Part shown: one piece after another, positions 39,464 through 51,202 of the stretch
How the letters are laid out: each line of letters opens with the position of its first letter
Position numbering within the stretch: the stretch's first letter is position 1
IMG/VR virus record: IMGVR_UViG_2825252539_000001
Location: 1-64,000 of that record
Length of the DNA: 64,000 nt
Source of the DNA: a virus
Lineage: Duplodnaviria; Caudoviricetes
Reading direction: 5' to 3' (one strand)
The notes under the pieces: generated by a model
Databases searched by the model: none
What the model saw: the letters and a program-made list of their open reading frames with translations, nothing else
Told to the model about the DNA's origin: nothing
Position numbers and translations under genes: made by a program

Positions 39464-40822
39464 GTGCCGCCGAGTAATGCGTACGCTGCCGCGGCGCTGC
39501 GAAACGAGGTGAAGAACGTCGCCGAGGCAGTCACCTGCCGTAACGACACCCTCAACAACGCCGCTTGGGCGCTGAAGAAGTACATCAACGCCGGAGTCCT
39601 CGACGAAGGCACCGTGCGGGATGAGCTGACCGAGGCCGCGCTCATCGCCAGTGCCAACGGCGACCACCCGCTGACCGACCACGAGATCGAAGCAACGATC
39701 ACGTCAGGATTCTCACGCTTGGACGTGGCGACTATGCCGGCCGGAACCCCCGCTCCGGTGTCTACACCCTCGGATACCTCCGTTCGGCCGTCTGTGAACG
39801 CCTCAAAGGACGTCTGGGGGGATGTCCCGCCGGTCGACGGCGCCGAGTGGATGTTCAAATCCGACGATACGGTGGTCGAACTCTGGGGCTCGGGGGATGA
39901 CATCCTCTGGGCCGAGGGTGAGGCGCTGATGATTGCCGGCGGTATGGGACTCGGCAAGAGCACCTTGGCCGGCCAGCTCGTCAGGGCACAGCTGGGGCTG
40001 CAGCCGACGGTGTTGGACATGCCCGTGACGCCGATCGAGCGCCCGATTCTCTACCTGGCCATGGACCGCCCGCGGCAGATCCGCCGCTCCATGAAGCGCC
40101 AATTCAGCGAAGACGAACGCCACAAGATCGCCGGCAAGCTCTTGGTCCGCCCAGGGCCGCCGATCATGGACATGGCAGTCGACCCGACCCTGCTGGCCAG
40201 AATGGCTGAATCGGTGGGCGCTGGAGTGGTGTACGTCGACTCGCTCAAAGACGCGGTCGTCGGGTTGTCGGCGGATGAAACCGGCGCGATGTACAACCGC
40301 GCTCGTCAATCGCTTCTGGCCATGGGTGTGAACATCTGCGAGTTGCACCACCTCCGCAAGCCCTCTCCTGAAGCGCAGGGCGGCATCGCATCGGTATACG
40401 GCTCAACATGGTTGGCCTCCGGCGCCGGCTCGGTGATCATCCTGTCGGGTGAGCCCGGGGACTTGGTTGTGAAGTTCCGCCACGCCAAGACGCCGGCCAA
40501 TGAGGTCGGGCCGTGGCACATCCATCTCGATCCCGACCAGGGTTCGTTCTCGGTTCGCAAGTGCGACCTGGTGGTGTCGGTGCGCAAGGCCGGCCCAGCG
40601 GGGTTGACCGCGGAGGACGCGGCGAAGGATCTCTACGAGACGCGACGTCCCACAGCCGGTGAAAAGAAAAAGGCTGAGCGTCAGCTCGACCGACTCGTGA
40701 GCCAGGGAATGCTGACCAAAATGGACGGTATCCACGGCGCGGTATGGTTCCTCCGGGAGGATCGATTGGGCGAGCCGAATCAATTCCCGCCGCCAGAGCC
40801 AAGCGGAGATCTCTTTGCATAG
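39464..40822 (+). CDS. RepA/AAA_25-type replicative helicase with N-terminal primase accessory region
   Basis: Walker A GGMGLGKST, ILYLAMD, VYVDSL, HHLRK, YGSTWL; N-terminal RNDTLNNAAW...EIEATITSG. Confidence 0.88.
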   Translation: MPPSNAYAAAALRNEVKNVAEAVTCRNDTLNNAAWALKKYINAGVLDEGTVRDELTEAALIASANGDHPLTDHEIEATITSGFSRLDVATMPAGTPAPVSTPSDTSVRPSVNASKDVWGDVPPVDGAEWMFKSDDTVVELWGSGDDILWAEGEALMIAGGMGLGKSTLAGQLVRAQLGLQPTVLDMPVTPIERPILYLAMDRPRQIRRSMKRQFSEDERHKIAGKLLVRPGPPIMDMAVDPTLLARMAESVGAGVVYVDSLKDAVVGLSADETGAMYNRARQSLLAMGVNICELHHLRKPSPEAQGGIASVYGSTWLASGAGSVIILSGEPGDLVVKFRHAKTPANEVGPWHIHLDPDQGSFSVRKCDLVVSVRKAGPAGLTAEDAAKDLYETRRPTAGEKKKAERQLDRLVSQGMLTKMDGIHGAVWFLREDRLGEPNQFPPPEPSGDLFA

Positions 40823-41291
40823 GCGGTCGACTCTAAAGAAAGTCGGCACCCGCCCGCGGGAGAATTACGCGATCATTCCCAATGGCTTAGCGCGCGACCC
40901 CTCGATAAAGCCGCGGGCCAAAGCGGTGGCACTCTATTTGTGGTCATTACCCGACGGCTGGGAGTTCAGTGTCGACTCGCTGGCTGAGTCGACAGGGATG
41001 AGCAACAAGACGGCCGGCGCCGCGGTCCATGACCTGATCGAGGCGCGTTGGCTACGTCGGGATGAGCGCAAGAACCGCCATGGGCTGGTCTTTGAGTACG
41101 TCTATGTCCTCAGTCAGGGTCGTCGCTTCGCCGTAAAAACTACGGCGAACATGGCCGTAGAAAGTACGGCACCTACTAAGACTGAGAAGACAGACGACAC
41201 CCGTAAGGCGTCGGGTGTCACGGACGGCCTGACGGCCGTGGTGGTTCAGGGACCTTGGGGTGATCCTTGGGGTGAGTCTGCCTATGGCTGA
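40815..41291 (+). CDS. wHTH replication-initiator-like protein
   Basis: YAIIPN.LARDP.I..RAKAV..YL.SLPDGW.FS...LA pattern. Confidence 0.75.
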   Translation: MHRRSTLKKVGTRPRENYAIIPNGLARDPSIKPRAKAVALYLWSLPDGWEFSVDSLAESTGMSNKTAGAAVHDLIEARWLRRDERKNRHGLVFEYVYVLSQGRRFAVKTTANMAVESTAPTKTEKTDDTRKASGVTDGLTAVVVQGPWGDPWGESAYG

Positions 41292-42309
41292 AGCTTCTGA
41301 TCTCTGGTGAGCACGAGAGCGAAGCTTGCCGCCGATACATAGGAAGTCTATATGACTGAGTTCTTCGGTCCGAACGGCGAGCGCTGGACCCGCAAACAAT
41401 TTCTCGACTTCTGCTTTTCGTACAACAGGCCGGCTTTGGCATCCGTCATGAATGACCAAGACGTCTGCGTCAACTGTTGGTGCACCGATTGTGGGTGTTG
41501 CCAAAACTGCGGCGCGAAGAATGCCGACCTGGAGTCTAATCACACATGCAAGAGGATTAGTGGGATTAAATACTGACTTCGACTGCTGGAACGGCAGTTA
41601 TGGCGGCTTTTCCGAATTCCGGAAAGAACTCGGTCGAGCATCCGGATTCAACGTCGCGAACTACGACTGGGACTCGATCACCAACGAGCAGCTGCTCGGC
41701 CACTGGGGCGACCACAAGCCGGTCATCCAGGACGGGATCTACGACCCGCCGCGGCACGACCCGATCTTGTACTTGCTGCTCCACCAGGACTGCGAAGGCG
41801 AGCTTGAGTGGCGCCACCTCGCCAGCCTGAAGGAATCGCTGGAGAAGCTGCGTGACTCGGGCTACCCGTTCACCGACTACGCCAGCGAGCACATCGACCA
41901 ATTCATCGAAGGCCTAGACCGTGCGATCGACGCCGGCCTCAGCGTCCAGTTCCACTAGGGAGTGCGATTGACTCTCGAATTCGAGAAGTATCAGCCCAAG
42001 ACTATTGAAGCGGTGTGCATCCATCGTCGGGAGCAACTCGATGAGGCGATGGGCTGTCTTGTGCACGGCAGTCCGAAGGCGGCGCCGCCGTACACCATCA
42101 ACGTCAACCGAAACCCGCATTGGCCCGATACGGCCGACTTTGAAACCGCAGTCCACAAGCCGGCGAATGGTGATCCCATCACGATCTTTCGCGGTGACTA
42201 CCTCGTCAAGACGGATTCCCGCGGCGAGAACTGGGGCATCTACGAGATGGTCGACTGGGAGACCCTGCGCGACAAGTGGGAGCTGGTCAATCCTCCAGGG
42301 GACTCGTAG

Positions 42310-42861
42310 GTGACCTGCATAGTCGGCGTGGAACATAAGCATGGTGTTCTGATCGGCGCCGACTCATGCGGAAGCGCCGGCACGTCAATGACGATCCGGG
42401 CCGATGAGAAAGCGTTCGTCAACGGGCCGTACATCATGGGGTACACCACCTCGTACCGAATGGGTCAGCTCCTGCGGTACAAGCTCGATCCACCGATCCC
42501 TACGGCGCAAGATCTTCGTGACCTAGATCGTTTCATAGCAACAACATTCATTGATGCGGTGCGAACGACGTTGAACGAAGGCGGTTTTGCGAAGATCGAG
42601 GACCAACGGGAAGAGGCCGGCAACTTCCTCGTCGGCATCGCCGGTCGACTGTACAACATCGACGAGGACTACCAGTTCGCCCGGAACATGGCCGGCTTCG
42701 ACTCCGTCGGCTGCGGTTATGAGCTAGCTCTCGGATCACTGCACACCACTGCGCGGTATCGAATCACACCCAAAGAACGGGTCCGCATGGCGCTAGAAGC
42801 CGCGGCTGCGTTCTCTAGTGGTGTAGCGCCGCCATTCATCTTTTTCGATCAGGCGAAATGA
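42310..42861 (+). CDS. HslV/proteasome-like Ntn hydrolase
   Basis: MTCIVG...IGADS, K.F, SVGCG.ELALGSL, ALEAA......V.PPF. Confidence 0.8.
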   Translation: MTCIVGVEHKHGVLIGADSCGSAGTSMTIRADEKAFVNGPYIMGYTTSYRMGQLLRYKLDPPIPTAQDLRDLDRFIATTFIDAVRTTLNEGGFAKIEDQREEAGNFLVGIAGRLYNIDEDYQFARNMAGFDSVGCGYELALGSLHTTARYRITPKERVRMALEAAAAFSSGVAPPFIFFDQAK

Positions 42862-43287
42862 GTGTCATGCAAAAGCTGACCGGCAAAAACATCACACTCA
42901 TTCTGGAGAGTGACTGGTCCGAGCTGGTTGCCGAAGTCTTTGACAGGCCTTACAACTTCCAGCAGCAGGCGGGCTGCAGATCGAATGACACGATCTGGAA
43001 ATTCACCGTCCCTGAGTCTTTCAAGGACTGGGATCTGAATGCGGTCGACGCCGCGATCGAGCAGTGGCGCAACTCTGAACCTCACCGCAATGAGCAGATT
43101 CCCGCCGTCAGGGACGGCAAGGTTGTTTACGTCGAGCACCCCCGCCGCGAGTGGCCCATGAGCGACTTCAGCTTGAAACTGTGGTGGGAGCGCGAGAACT
43201 GGCCCGAGTTCGAAGACGTCATGTGCGTGCTGGCCCGGAGGGGCCTGATCGATCCTGGCGAGTACGCCCTACATATCTGGTGGTGAC

Positions 43288-43674
43288 ATGAAACAGATGA
43301 TCGTTATGCGGACAGACCTTCGAAATACCGACAACGAAAAGGTCCGCACCGGAAAGCTCATCGCGCAGGGGGCGCACGCCTCTCTCGGCGCCGTCGCGAA
43401 GTACCTGCTACACCCACACGAGGGCAGGGAACAGCGCGGCAAGATCATCGAGTGGTTGGGCGGACCTTTTACCAAGATCTGCCTTGCCGTCGACAGCGAA
43501 GAGCAACTGCTAGAGGTTTACAACGCCGCGAAGGCGGCTGGCCTCATCACGTCACTGATCACTGACAACGGTCAGACCGAATTCGGTGGCGTACAGACCA
43601 TTACGTGTTGTGCCATCGGCCCAGACACGAACGAGAACCTAGACCCGATCACGGGTGGATTGAAGCTGCTTTGA
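43288..43674 (+). CDS. pth2: Peptidyl-tRNA hydrolase, Pth2 family
   Basis: KQMIVMRTDL...GKLIAQGAHAS, KICL, ITDNGQTEF, T.TCCAIGP...ITGGLKLL. Confidence 0.95.
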   Translation: MKQMIVMRTDLRNTDNEKVRTGKLIAQGAHASLGAVAKYLLHPHEGREQRGKIIEWLGGPFTKICLAVDSEEQLLEVYNAAKAAGLITSLITDNGQTEFGGVQTITCCAIGPDTNENLDPITGGLKLL

Positions 43675-45358
43675 CACCACAGGAACACTTTGAGGCTACC
43701 GAGGCGCTACTCGCCGAGGGGGTCAAGACCGTCCAGAAGATCGCCGAGCTGGCTGAACGCCGTCGGCAACTCTCCGAGAGGGTCTATGCGGACGAGCCGG
43801 GTTCGACTACCTGGCATGAACTCGTCACCGCCGAGCGGCAGATTGAATCCATGACCATTCGCATGGATGAGTATGGCAAGAAGGCGATGGGGATCTGGGC
43901 GCAGGCGCAGGTGCATGCGACCCTGGCTAACAGGCAGTACAGCGCAGTTAACGTTGTGAATGAGATTGTCTATCAGTGAGTCTGACGCGACGCGATAAGT
44001 TCGCTGCTTCTCAGTCGCCCTACGCACTCGATCCCAACACCTTCGATGTATCTGAGCGTGGATTGAGTAGCGTTACCGCGATCTGGGCGGGGCGGAAGAA
44101 CGGCCGCACCACAGCGTCTTTCGGAACACTGGTCGGTGAGCATAACAAGCATGCGTCATTCGAGGAGTTCGTCGCCAAAGTCGACATGCGCTACGGCGGT
44201 ACGTATGAGGGCAAGTGGGACGGCCGCACGCTCATCACCGAATCGGCCCTGCCCGAGTTGCGACGCCTAGAGCTGATCAACCTGCTCGACGGTGTGCTCT
44301 CTCGATTTCCCCTAGTGCCCGAAGGTTACGAAGGATGGTTCTACCGCGCGTGAATAATCCCGTCATTGCGGCGGCGAGGCGTGCGTTTGAATCCATCTGG
44401 CCTGACCAGGGTGACTTCGAGTTCAACTTTGAGGACTCGACGCGCGCGTATGCCGTCATCAGCGCTGACGAGGCGCTCGCACCGCTGCGTAAGCTCCACT
44501 TCCCGCTTCGCCTATCCAATCCCGCGCCGGGTTGCAATCCATATGTGGGCTGCAGTGATTGCCGGCAGGCGTGGCCTTGCCGAACTGCCCGCCTGATCTA
44601 CTCCGAGAGCAGGATGCCATGAAGATCGAGACTGTCGATGGAATCGATTGGCCTGTACTACAACCCGAAGACTGTCACACCCGCATAGGTGATGACGTTT
44701 TCGCGCTCTTCGAGGACGAAAGCGGTAACGGTGTCTTTGGTTACGGCCATGTCCCAGAAGCCGAGTTCCTCGCCGAGGTCAGGCGATTCTGGGCCTGCAC
44801 TTGTCCGGATGATGACGAGTGGGAGATCGTCGGCCCGGTATCGCACGTCTGGGCCAAGTTTATCGACCCCAACGGGGAGCGGTTTTCCTGGGCTGGTGCG
44901 ACATCCGAGACGCAGCACGCCTTTCCGATGACCGTCTTGGAGTGGTGATGACATACTACGAGAGCATCGAAGAAGTCGCTGAGGTTATCGGCAAGCTCCC
45001 CCGTGTTGATCTCGAACTGGAGCCTGTGTTCAAAGCTATTCGCGCGCAGATTGATAGCGGATCGCAGTTCGACATCCGCGTTGGGGCGATCTGGGATCGT
45101 AAAGGTTACCCAGACGGGGGTAGCGTCTCGAAAGAGGTGTCGCCCAGCTCTTATCGCTACAGCGAATACACCTGGGTAGGCGTCGGCGTCCTTGTTGGTG
45201 ATGGCTGGCAGACCGACGAATTGAAATCGGTCGTTTCCGCGGCGGCAAACCATGACGAGATTAAGAAGTTCATCGCTGAAGAGAACGCACGGCAGGCGAC
45301 GCGAGACAAGGTCGCCGCCCTGCGCGCCGAGGCCGACAAGCTGGAGGAGAGTCTGTAG

Positions 45359-46150
45359 GTGGAGTTCCCAGAACCCGCCAAGATCCTGGTGGCGGGGGAC
45401 TGGCATGACAACGCCAATTGGGGCCGAAGCATCATCCGCCACGCGATACTTCAGGGTGTCGACGCCATCGTCCATTGCGGCGACTTCGGTTGGTGGCGTG
45501 AGGGTTTACCCACACATCACTACCTAAGCACGATCAGCGCGGAACTCGTCGAGGCGGGTGTTCAGCTGTATTGGGTCGACGGAAACCACGAAGACCACGA
45601 CCGGATTAATGAATGGCTCGACGCCACGGGTGGTCAACCATGGTCCGATAAGCGATACCCGAACATCACGCACCTGCCAAGGGGTTTCCGTTGGGTGTGG
45701 TGGGGCCAGACCTGGCTTGCGCTAGGTGGTGCACACTCGGTCGACCGGTTGGGGCGTAAGCCTGGAATCGACTGGTGGGACGCGGAGCACATCACCGATG
45801 AGCAGATGGCCCGCGCGATGGATGGTGGCCACGCCGACGTGATGATCACTCACGACTGTCCAGCGGGCGTGAGCATCCCTGGCATTCCCGATGACCCCGC
45901 CGACGATCACCGCGGCTACTGGCCCATGTCGGAGCTGATCGCCTCTCGCGATCATCGAGAGCGGCTGGCGGTGGTGGTCGACTACGTCAAGCCGCATTTA
46001 CTGATCGGTGGCCATTACCACCTCAGGCATGCTGGCCTTCGCCGATCGCCCGACGGCTGGGTAACTCAGGTTCACATCCTGGACTGTGACGCAACGTCTT
46101 TGGCTGACAACACGCTAATCATGACGCGGAACGAGGCTGATGAGCACTAA
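45359..46150 (+). CDS. Calcineurin-like metallophosphoesterase
   Basis: GDWH, GDFG, GNHED, THDCP, GHYH. Confidence 0.92.
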   Translation: MEFPEPAKILVAGDWHDNANWGRSIIRHAILQGVDAIVHCGDFGWWREGLPTHHYLSTISAELVEAGVQLYWVDGNHEDHDRINEWLDATGGQPWSDKRYPNITHLPRGFRWVWWGQTWLALGGAHSVDRLGRKPGIDWWDAEHITDEQMARAMDGGHADVMITHDCPAGVSIPGIPDDPADDHRGYWPMSELIASRDHRERLAVVVDYVKPHLLIGGHYHLRHAGLRRSPDGWVTQVHILDCDATSLADNTLIMTRNEADEH

Positions 46151-46840
46151 CAAGTGGCGCGTACGCAAGAGTCGAAACAGGTGGATTGTCCGCGAACCGG
46201 GCGGTTCACACTTTGGAACCTACCTCACATGGCACGAAGCGATGGCTCAAGCGACCGGCCGCACAGTGATACAGGGTAGGTCCGCCAATGGGGGCAGCTT
46301 CGCTCTCGGATATGGCCAGGCTTACGACTCCCGGTCATGGAGCCGCGCGTTCGGGTTCGTCGGGCCGGTGAGGTGCTGATGAGTTGGACACTTCCAGACG
46401 GATACCGTCAGCAAATCGCGCTAGCGAATTACGCGCCCGGGCCGTTGAATCCGCCGGGATTCTATGACGACATTCCCATTCTCGAATGTGGATGCAGTGC
46501 CGAGGATTGTGACGGCTTCGCCTGCGAGGAGTAATCGATGTGTAGCCCGGAGCTAGTCAAGGGGATGTGCTGCATCTGTTGCGGCACTTTGACTCCAGAG
46601 AACATTTACGTCGATGACGCAGGGGTTCAGTGGGACTTCCACCGGGGTAAGTGCGCCATTCTTGGCGGGGTCTATTCCGATCCCGTGCACGAGGCGGTGG
46701 GCGAAGCCTTGATCAAGGCGTTTCAGTCACTCCCTGCGAACAGTGCTGAACGGCACTTGATGAACAGGATCTATTACGGCTTCGCCGATCTGGTCGCAGA
46801 TGAAGACCACTTCGATAGGGGCCAACAGGAGGTTAACTAA

Positions 46841-47218
46841 GTGCCCGTCTGGATGGGTGTTATCAGCGCACTGATCGTTCAGGTGTCGGGAACACCGTAT
46901 ATCCCAGGGGGCGATAGCCCCGCCGGCACCGACTGCTCAGGTCTTGCGTCCTGGGTCGCGAACGCCGCGACAGGCCGCCCGATCTATGGGGATCGCTTCC
47001 ACACGGGTAACGAGGAGCAAGCGCTGCTTGCCCGCGGATTCCGCTACGGGACAGCGCCGAACGCGTTGGTGATCGGTTGGAACAGCCGGCACACGGCGGT
47101 CACCCTACCTGATGGCACTGCGGTTTCCAGCGGCGAACGCGGCGGTGTTCGAGTCGGCGGTGGCGGCGCCTATCAGCCGCAGTTCACCCATCACATGTAC
47201 CTGCCAATCGAGGGCTAG
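46841..47218 (+). CDS. NlpC/P60-like peptidoglycan hydrolase domain
   Basis: GTPY..GG.S..GTDCSGL.SW and HTA motifs. Confidence 0.75.
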   Translation: MPVWMGVISALIVQVSGTPYIPGGDSPAGTDCSGLASWVANAATGRPIYGDRFHTGNEEQALLARGFRYGTAPNALVIGWNSRHTAVTLPDGTAVSSGERGGVRVGGGGAYQPQFTHHMYLPIEG

Positions 47219-48295
47219 TTTGCAACAACAGCTGAAGATAACGCTGTACTCCGCTAATGATCAGATCCGTTCCGCCGTAAGGGCGTTCAAGAGCAATGTG
47301 TGCCAGGTTCTTGAGATCACGGACTCATCCAAGATGCCGCGGGTAGATCTCAATGAAGAGCAGCAACCCGGCACGATCGGCCGGCTCAATCTACCCGACC
47401 GGGTAGATGCCGTCATCAGTTGTTCGGCGCTGAACTCCAAGACCGAAGGCCTCGCGGCTTCACTCGGCTTGAAGCAGAACCGCAACGACGTATACGCGGT
47501 CGTGCTTCCAGAGGCCTTGGACTGGTTGAAGAACAAGCTCGATCGACACGGGGAGTTGGTCCTCGTTGGGGCGGACCAAGCCAAGTGAGCGCATGCCTGA
47601 ATTGTGGTGAAGCCCTCGACAGTACAGCCAAGATCCACGCCAACGGCCAGTTCCGTTGCGAGGGTGGCGGTTGGGCCGAGGAATGGACGCCAGACGCTCT
47701 CGCCGGTCGAATCGAGCACGCCCGCGAAGAGGGATATTCCGACGGGTATCGCGAAGCGGAGTACGAGTACGACAACAAGGTAGATGATGCCTACGACGAC
47801 GGTAGGGCCGACGGCCGCAAAGAGATCATCAGCCGGGTCCAGGCGGCGATTACCGAACTGCGTTCGCCGGACGTCTATCTGACGGCATATGACGTACTCA
47901 GCCAAGTCGAAGAGGCGCTTCGTTGATCGGCGCCGACCGCTGGATTCTGAAGCCAACGGGTCAGCCCTTCGTCAGTAGCTACTGGTGTGCCGCGGTCCGG
48001 AAGATGCCACGCCGGTACTTGGTCCACCTGTACGAACGTCTGACTCAGGGCGTATCACGTTACGACGCTGTCGATCTTAACGGATTTATCGCTGACACGA
48101 TCGCCCTAGGCGCGTGGAAGTTGTTCGTACACACACAGAGCTATCCGCTCGGCTACACCTATGACCAATGGCTCGATGTCCTGCTGGACATACGAGACGA
48201 ATTCACCGCAGACCCGGACGACGTTGATTGGCATCCGTCTGATCGGGCGTGGCGGCTCCTGCATAAACACTCACAAGATCTGTGGAGTTAGACAA

Positions 48296-49573
48296 TTGAA
48301 GCTCGAAGCACCCAAGTCAATTAACTATGCGGCTCAGGTCGTCCGTATCCCTACGCTGGTGGAATTGGCCAAGCTCGACAATCTGGTTGGTGTACCGATT
48401 CTCGGTTGCCAGGCGTTAACACAGAGGGCGGGCAGCTCGGTTGGTGATCTCGTCATCGCATTCACTGCTGAGACTCAGCTGTCCGACGAGTACGCCCACC
48501 TGAACGACCTCTATCGGGACGTCGAACTCAACGCGACCCCCGAGGCTACGGGCTACCTGGAGAAGAATCGCCGCATTCGGGCGGTGAAGTTCAAGGGCCA
48601 TCGCTCCGACGCTCTACTCATGCCCCTATCGTCTGTCGCCTATACCGGAGTCGACCCGTCCGAATTCCAAGAGGGCGATGTCTTCGACACGCTCAATGGG
48701 CACGAGATCTGCAAGAAGTACGAACTGCCGGTCAAGGCCGGCACGGCGGCAAAGTCCAAGGTTGACAAGGCATTCAAGCGGGTGGACAAGAAGATCTTCC
48801 CGGAACATCTGGAGACCGACAACTATTGGCGCAGCAAGCATATTTTGGACCCCAAGCGTGTTGCGATCTCGACTCAGAAGTTGCACGGCACCAGTATTCG
48901 CGTTGGCCGCGTCCCCTGCCTGCGCCAGAAGGGCTGGCTGGAGCGCGTCATCAACCGGTGGTTCCCGACCGCGGATCACACCTACGACGCCGTGTTCGGC
49001 AGCCGCAAGGTCATCAAGGACATCAACAACCCGAACCACTCGCACTACTACGAGTCGGACATCTGGACCGAGTACGGCAAGCAGGTTGCCGACCTCCTGC
49101 CGGACGGCTACATCGTCTACGGCGAGCTGATCGGCTGGACACCAGAGGGGCAGCCCATCCAGAAGGGCTACACCTACAACCTGCCGCACGGTAAAGCTGA
49201 GCTGTACGTCTACCGCATCGCGTTCATCAACGCCCAGGGGACGCTTGCCGATCTTCCGTGGGATGGCGTGAAGGACTTCTGCCTCGCGCGCGGCCTGAAG
49301 TGGACGCCCGAGTTGTACCGGGATTTCCCGATGCACATCGACGGCGAACATGTCGACCCATGGCTTGGGTCGCGGTTCTTTGAGGTCCATGAGGATGCTT
49401 GGTTCTACGAGCAGCCGGTTCCATTGTCGGACAAGAAGACCGTCGATGAGGGATTCGTTATCCGCCAGGATGGCATCGTCCCAACCCTGCTCAAGGCGAA
49501 GGCGCCTGAGTTCCTCCAGTACGAGACCAAGCTGCTCGACAAGGGCGAGGTCGATACGGAGAGTGCAGCTTGA
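48296..49573 (+). CDS. RNA ligase (Rnl2/DRB0094-like)
   Basis: Motif I QKLHGTS, YGELIG, EGFVIR, LLKAK; N-terminal OB-like region. Confidence 0.85.
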   Translation: MKLEAPKSINYAAQVVRIPTLVELAKLDNLVGVPILGCQALTQRAGSSVGDLVIAFTAETQLSDEYAHLNDLYRDVELNATPEATGYLEKNRRIRAVKFKGHRSDALLMPLSSVAYTGVDPSEFQEGDVFDTLNGHEICKKYELPVKAGTAAKSKVDKAFKRVDKKIFPEHLETDNYWRSKHILDPKRVAISTQKLHGTSIRVGRVPCLRQKGWLERVINRWFPTADHTYDAVFGSRKVIKDINNPNHSHYYESDIWTEYGKQVADLLPDGYIVYGELIGWTPEGQPIQKGYTYNLPHGKAELYVYRIAFINAQGTLADLPWDGVKDFCLARGLKWTPELYRDFPMHIDGEHVDPWLGSRFFEVHEDAWFYEQPVPLSDKKTVDEGFVIRQDGIVPTLLKAKAPEFLQYETKLLDKGEVDTESAA

Positions 49574-50316
49574 GCCGGCAGACGATCGTCGTTGACGTCG
49601 AGACCACCGGACTAGAGGACCATCATGTGATCCTCGAAGTCGCTGCGGTAAACATCGACACGGGCGAAGAGATGTGCTTCGTGCCCTACGTCCCAATGGA
49701 GGACTTCGCCAAGGCTTCGCCAGAAGCTCTAGCAGTCAACCGATACTTCGAGCGTGGCATTCGGCAGTACATGGCCGACGAAGAAGAGACACGGCTTGGT
49801 TACTACAAGCTGCGGACGTGGCTGGAAGGCAACACGCTCGCCGGATCGAATCCATCGTTCGACGCCGGCAAGCTCGCCAAAGTCAAATACACCGACCCAA
49901 ACGGATTCTCATTCGAGGATGGGCGCACCTTTGGCACCCCCTGGCACCACCGTTTCCGAGATCTCAGCGCTTACGCCGAGGGGACGCTCGGTCTCGATGA
50001 GCTACCCGGGCTGCACAAGGTGTGCGAGTTGTTGGGCGTCGAGAACACGGCCGAGCATTCTGCGCTCGGTGACGCTCGTGCAACGGTCGAATGCTTCCGC
50101 TTGCTCAAGGGGAGGCCGCGCAAGCGCGTAGACATCGACAAGTTGTGCCGAAAAGCTCAGGCGCTTGGCGGAATGGACACTCGTAGCTTCAGCTTCGCTG
50201 AAGCGGTCTTCGACCTCGTGAACGCCATCTACCAGGAGGCGCCAGCGGTGCATTGGGTAGGTCGCATCAAGCCCGAGAACATGATTGACGGACGCGATTC
50301 CTGGACTCGATGTTGA
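49570..50316 (+). CDS. DnaQ-like 3'-5' exonuclease
   Basis: VDVETTGL, NPSFD, HSALGDA (DEDDh). Confidence 0.92.
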   Translation: MSRQTIVVDVETTGLEDHHVILEVAAVNIDTGEEMCFVPYVPMEDFAKASPEALAVNRYFERGIRQYMADEEETRLGYYKLRTWLEGNTLAGSNPSFDAGKLAKVKYTDPNGFSFEDGRTFGTPWHHRFRDLSAYAEGTLGLDELPGLHKVCELLGVENTAEHSALGDARATVECFRLLKGRPRKRVDIDKLCRKAQALGGMDTRSFSFAEAVFDLVNAIYQEAPAVHWVGRIKPENMIDGRDSWTRC

Positions 50317-50341
50317 ATAACTAAAGAGAGAGTGGCTGACC

Positions 50342-51199
50342 ATGAGCGTTGATCTCAGCCTGTATACACCGACCGCCGGCACGATTCGTCAAGTAGCCAA
50401 CGTGTTCAAGTTCCCCGGTGGAGAGGTGCACCTCAACGACCTCAAACTCGGCGAGGTGTCGGACGATGCGATTTTCATTGCGCTGGTCCGTGGTTCAAGC
50501 CTTGACGATCTCATGGCAGCCGCGCTCTGGTCCGATGTTGCAGCGGATAACGCGTGTCGGTTCGCGTTGATGCTGCCGTACCTGCCGGCCGCGCGTGCGG
50601 ATCGGGGATCGCCCGAGGGTGCTTACGTGTACTCGAAGTTCATCAACTCGATGCTGAATCCGAGTTGCGACCAGATCATCACGGTCGACGCCCACTCGTG
50701 GGTGATGCCGAAGTACTTCGGCGAGGCGATTGACGACCTTAGTGCTGTACCGCTGATCAAGCGCGCCCTCACCTCGACCTGCGAGCAGTATGACGCGGTC
50801 ATAGCGCCCGACGCAGGAGCCGAGCACCGAGCGAAGATGGCGGCGACCGCTCTGGGGCTTGACTTCTACCAGTGTGAAAAGCATCGCGACTTCGACACCG
50901 GGAAACTACTGAAGTACAGGGCTCCCGAGATGCCGAAGGCCGGCCGCTATCTCGTTGTGGATGACATCTGCGACGGCGGCGGGACTTTCATGCTCCTGGC
51001 GAACTCCTTGAACCTGCCGAGGGAGCAACTCGGTCTGTGGGTGACTCACGGCATTTTCTCGGGCGCCGCCAATGACCTTCGCGCTCGCTATGACCGGATC
51101 TACACCACCGACTCTCACCCCGGTCACAGCCGAGTCGGCTGCGCCACAACGACGATCCCGACCTACGTCTACATGTTCCAAGCGATGAAGAAGGACTGA
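50342..51199 (+). CDS. PRPP-synthetase-like protein (possible Adps of NARP1)
   Basis: FPGGE, PYLPAARADR, DAHS, APDAGA, VVDDICDGGGTF, VTHGIFS. Confidence 0.9.
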   Translation: MSVDLSLYTPTAGTIRQVANVFKFPGGEVHLNDLKLGEVSDDAIFIALVRGSSLDDLMAAALWSDVAADNACRFALMLPYLPAARADRGSPEGAYVYSKFINSMLNPSCDQIITVDAHSWVMPKYFGEAIDDLSAVPLIKRALTSTCEQYDAVIAPDAGAEHRAKMAATALGLDFYQCEKHRDFDTGKLLKYRAPEMPKAGRYLVVDDICDGGGTFMLLANSLNLPREQLGLWVTHGIFSGAANDLRARYDRIYTTDSHPGHSRVGCATTTIPTYVYMFQAMKKD

Positions 51200-51202
51200 T
51201 CT

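Noticed and set aside
9148-49696. Long minus-strand ORFs (9148-10239, 13235-14476, 20776-21744, 28717-29568, 36180-36962, 48626-49696)
   Set aside because: They are antisense shadows of well-supported plus-strand genes with high GC3 and carry no motifs of their own.
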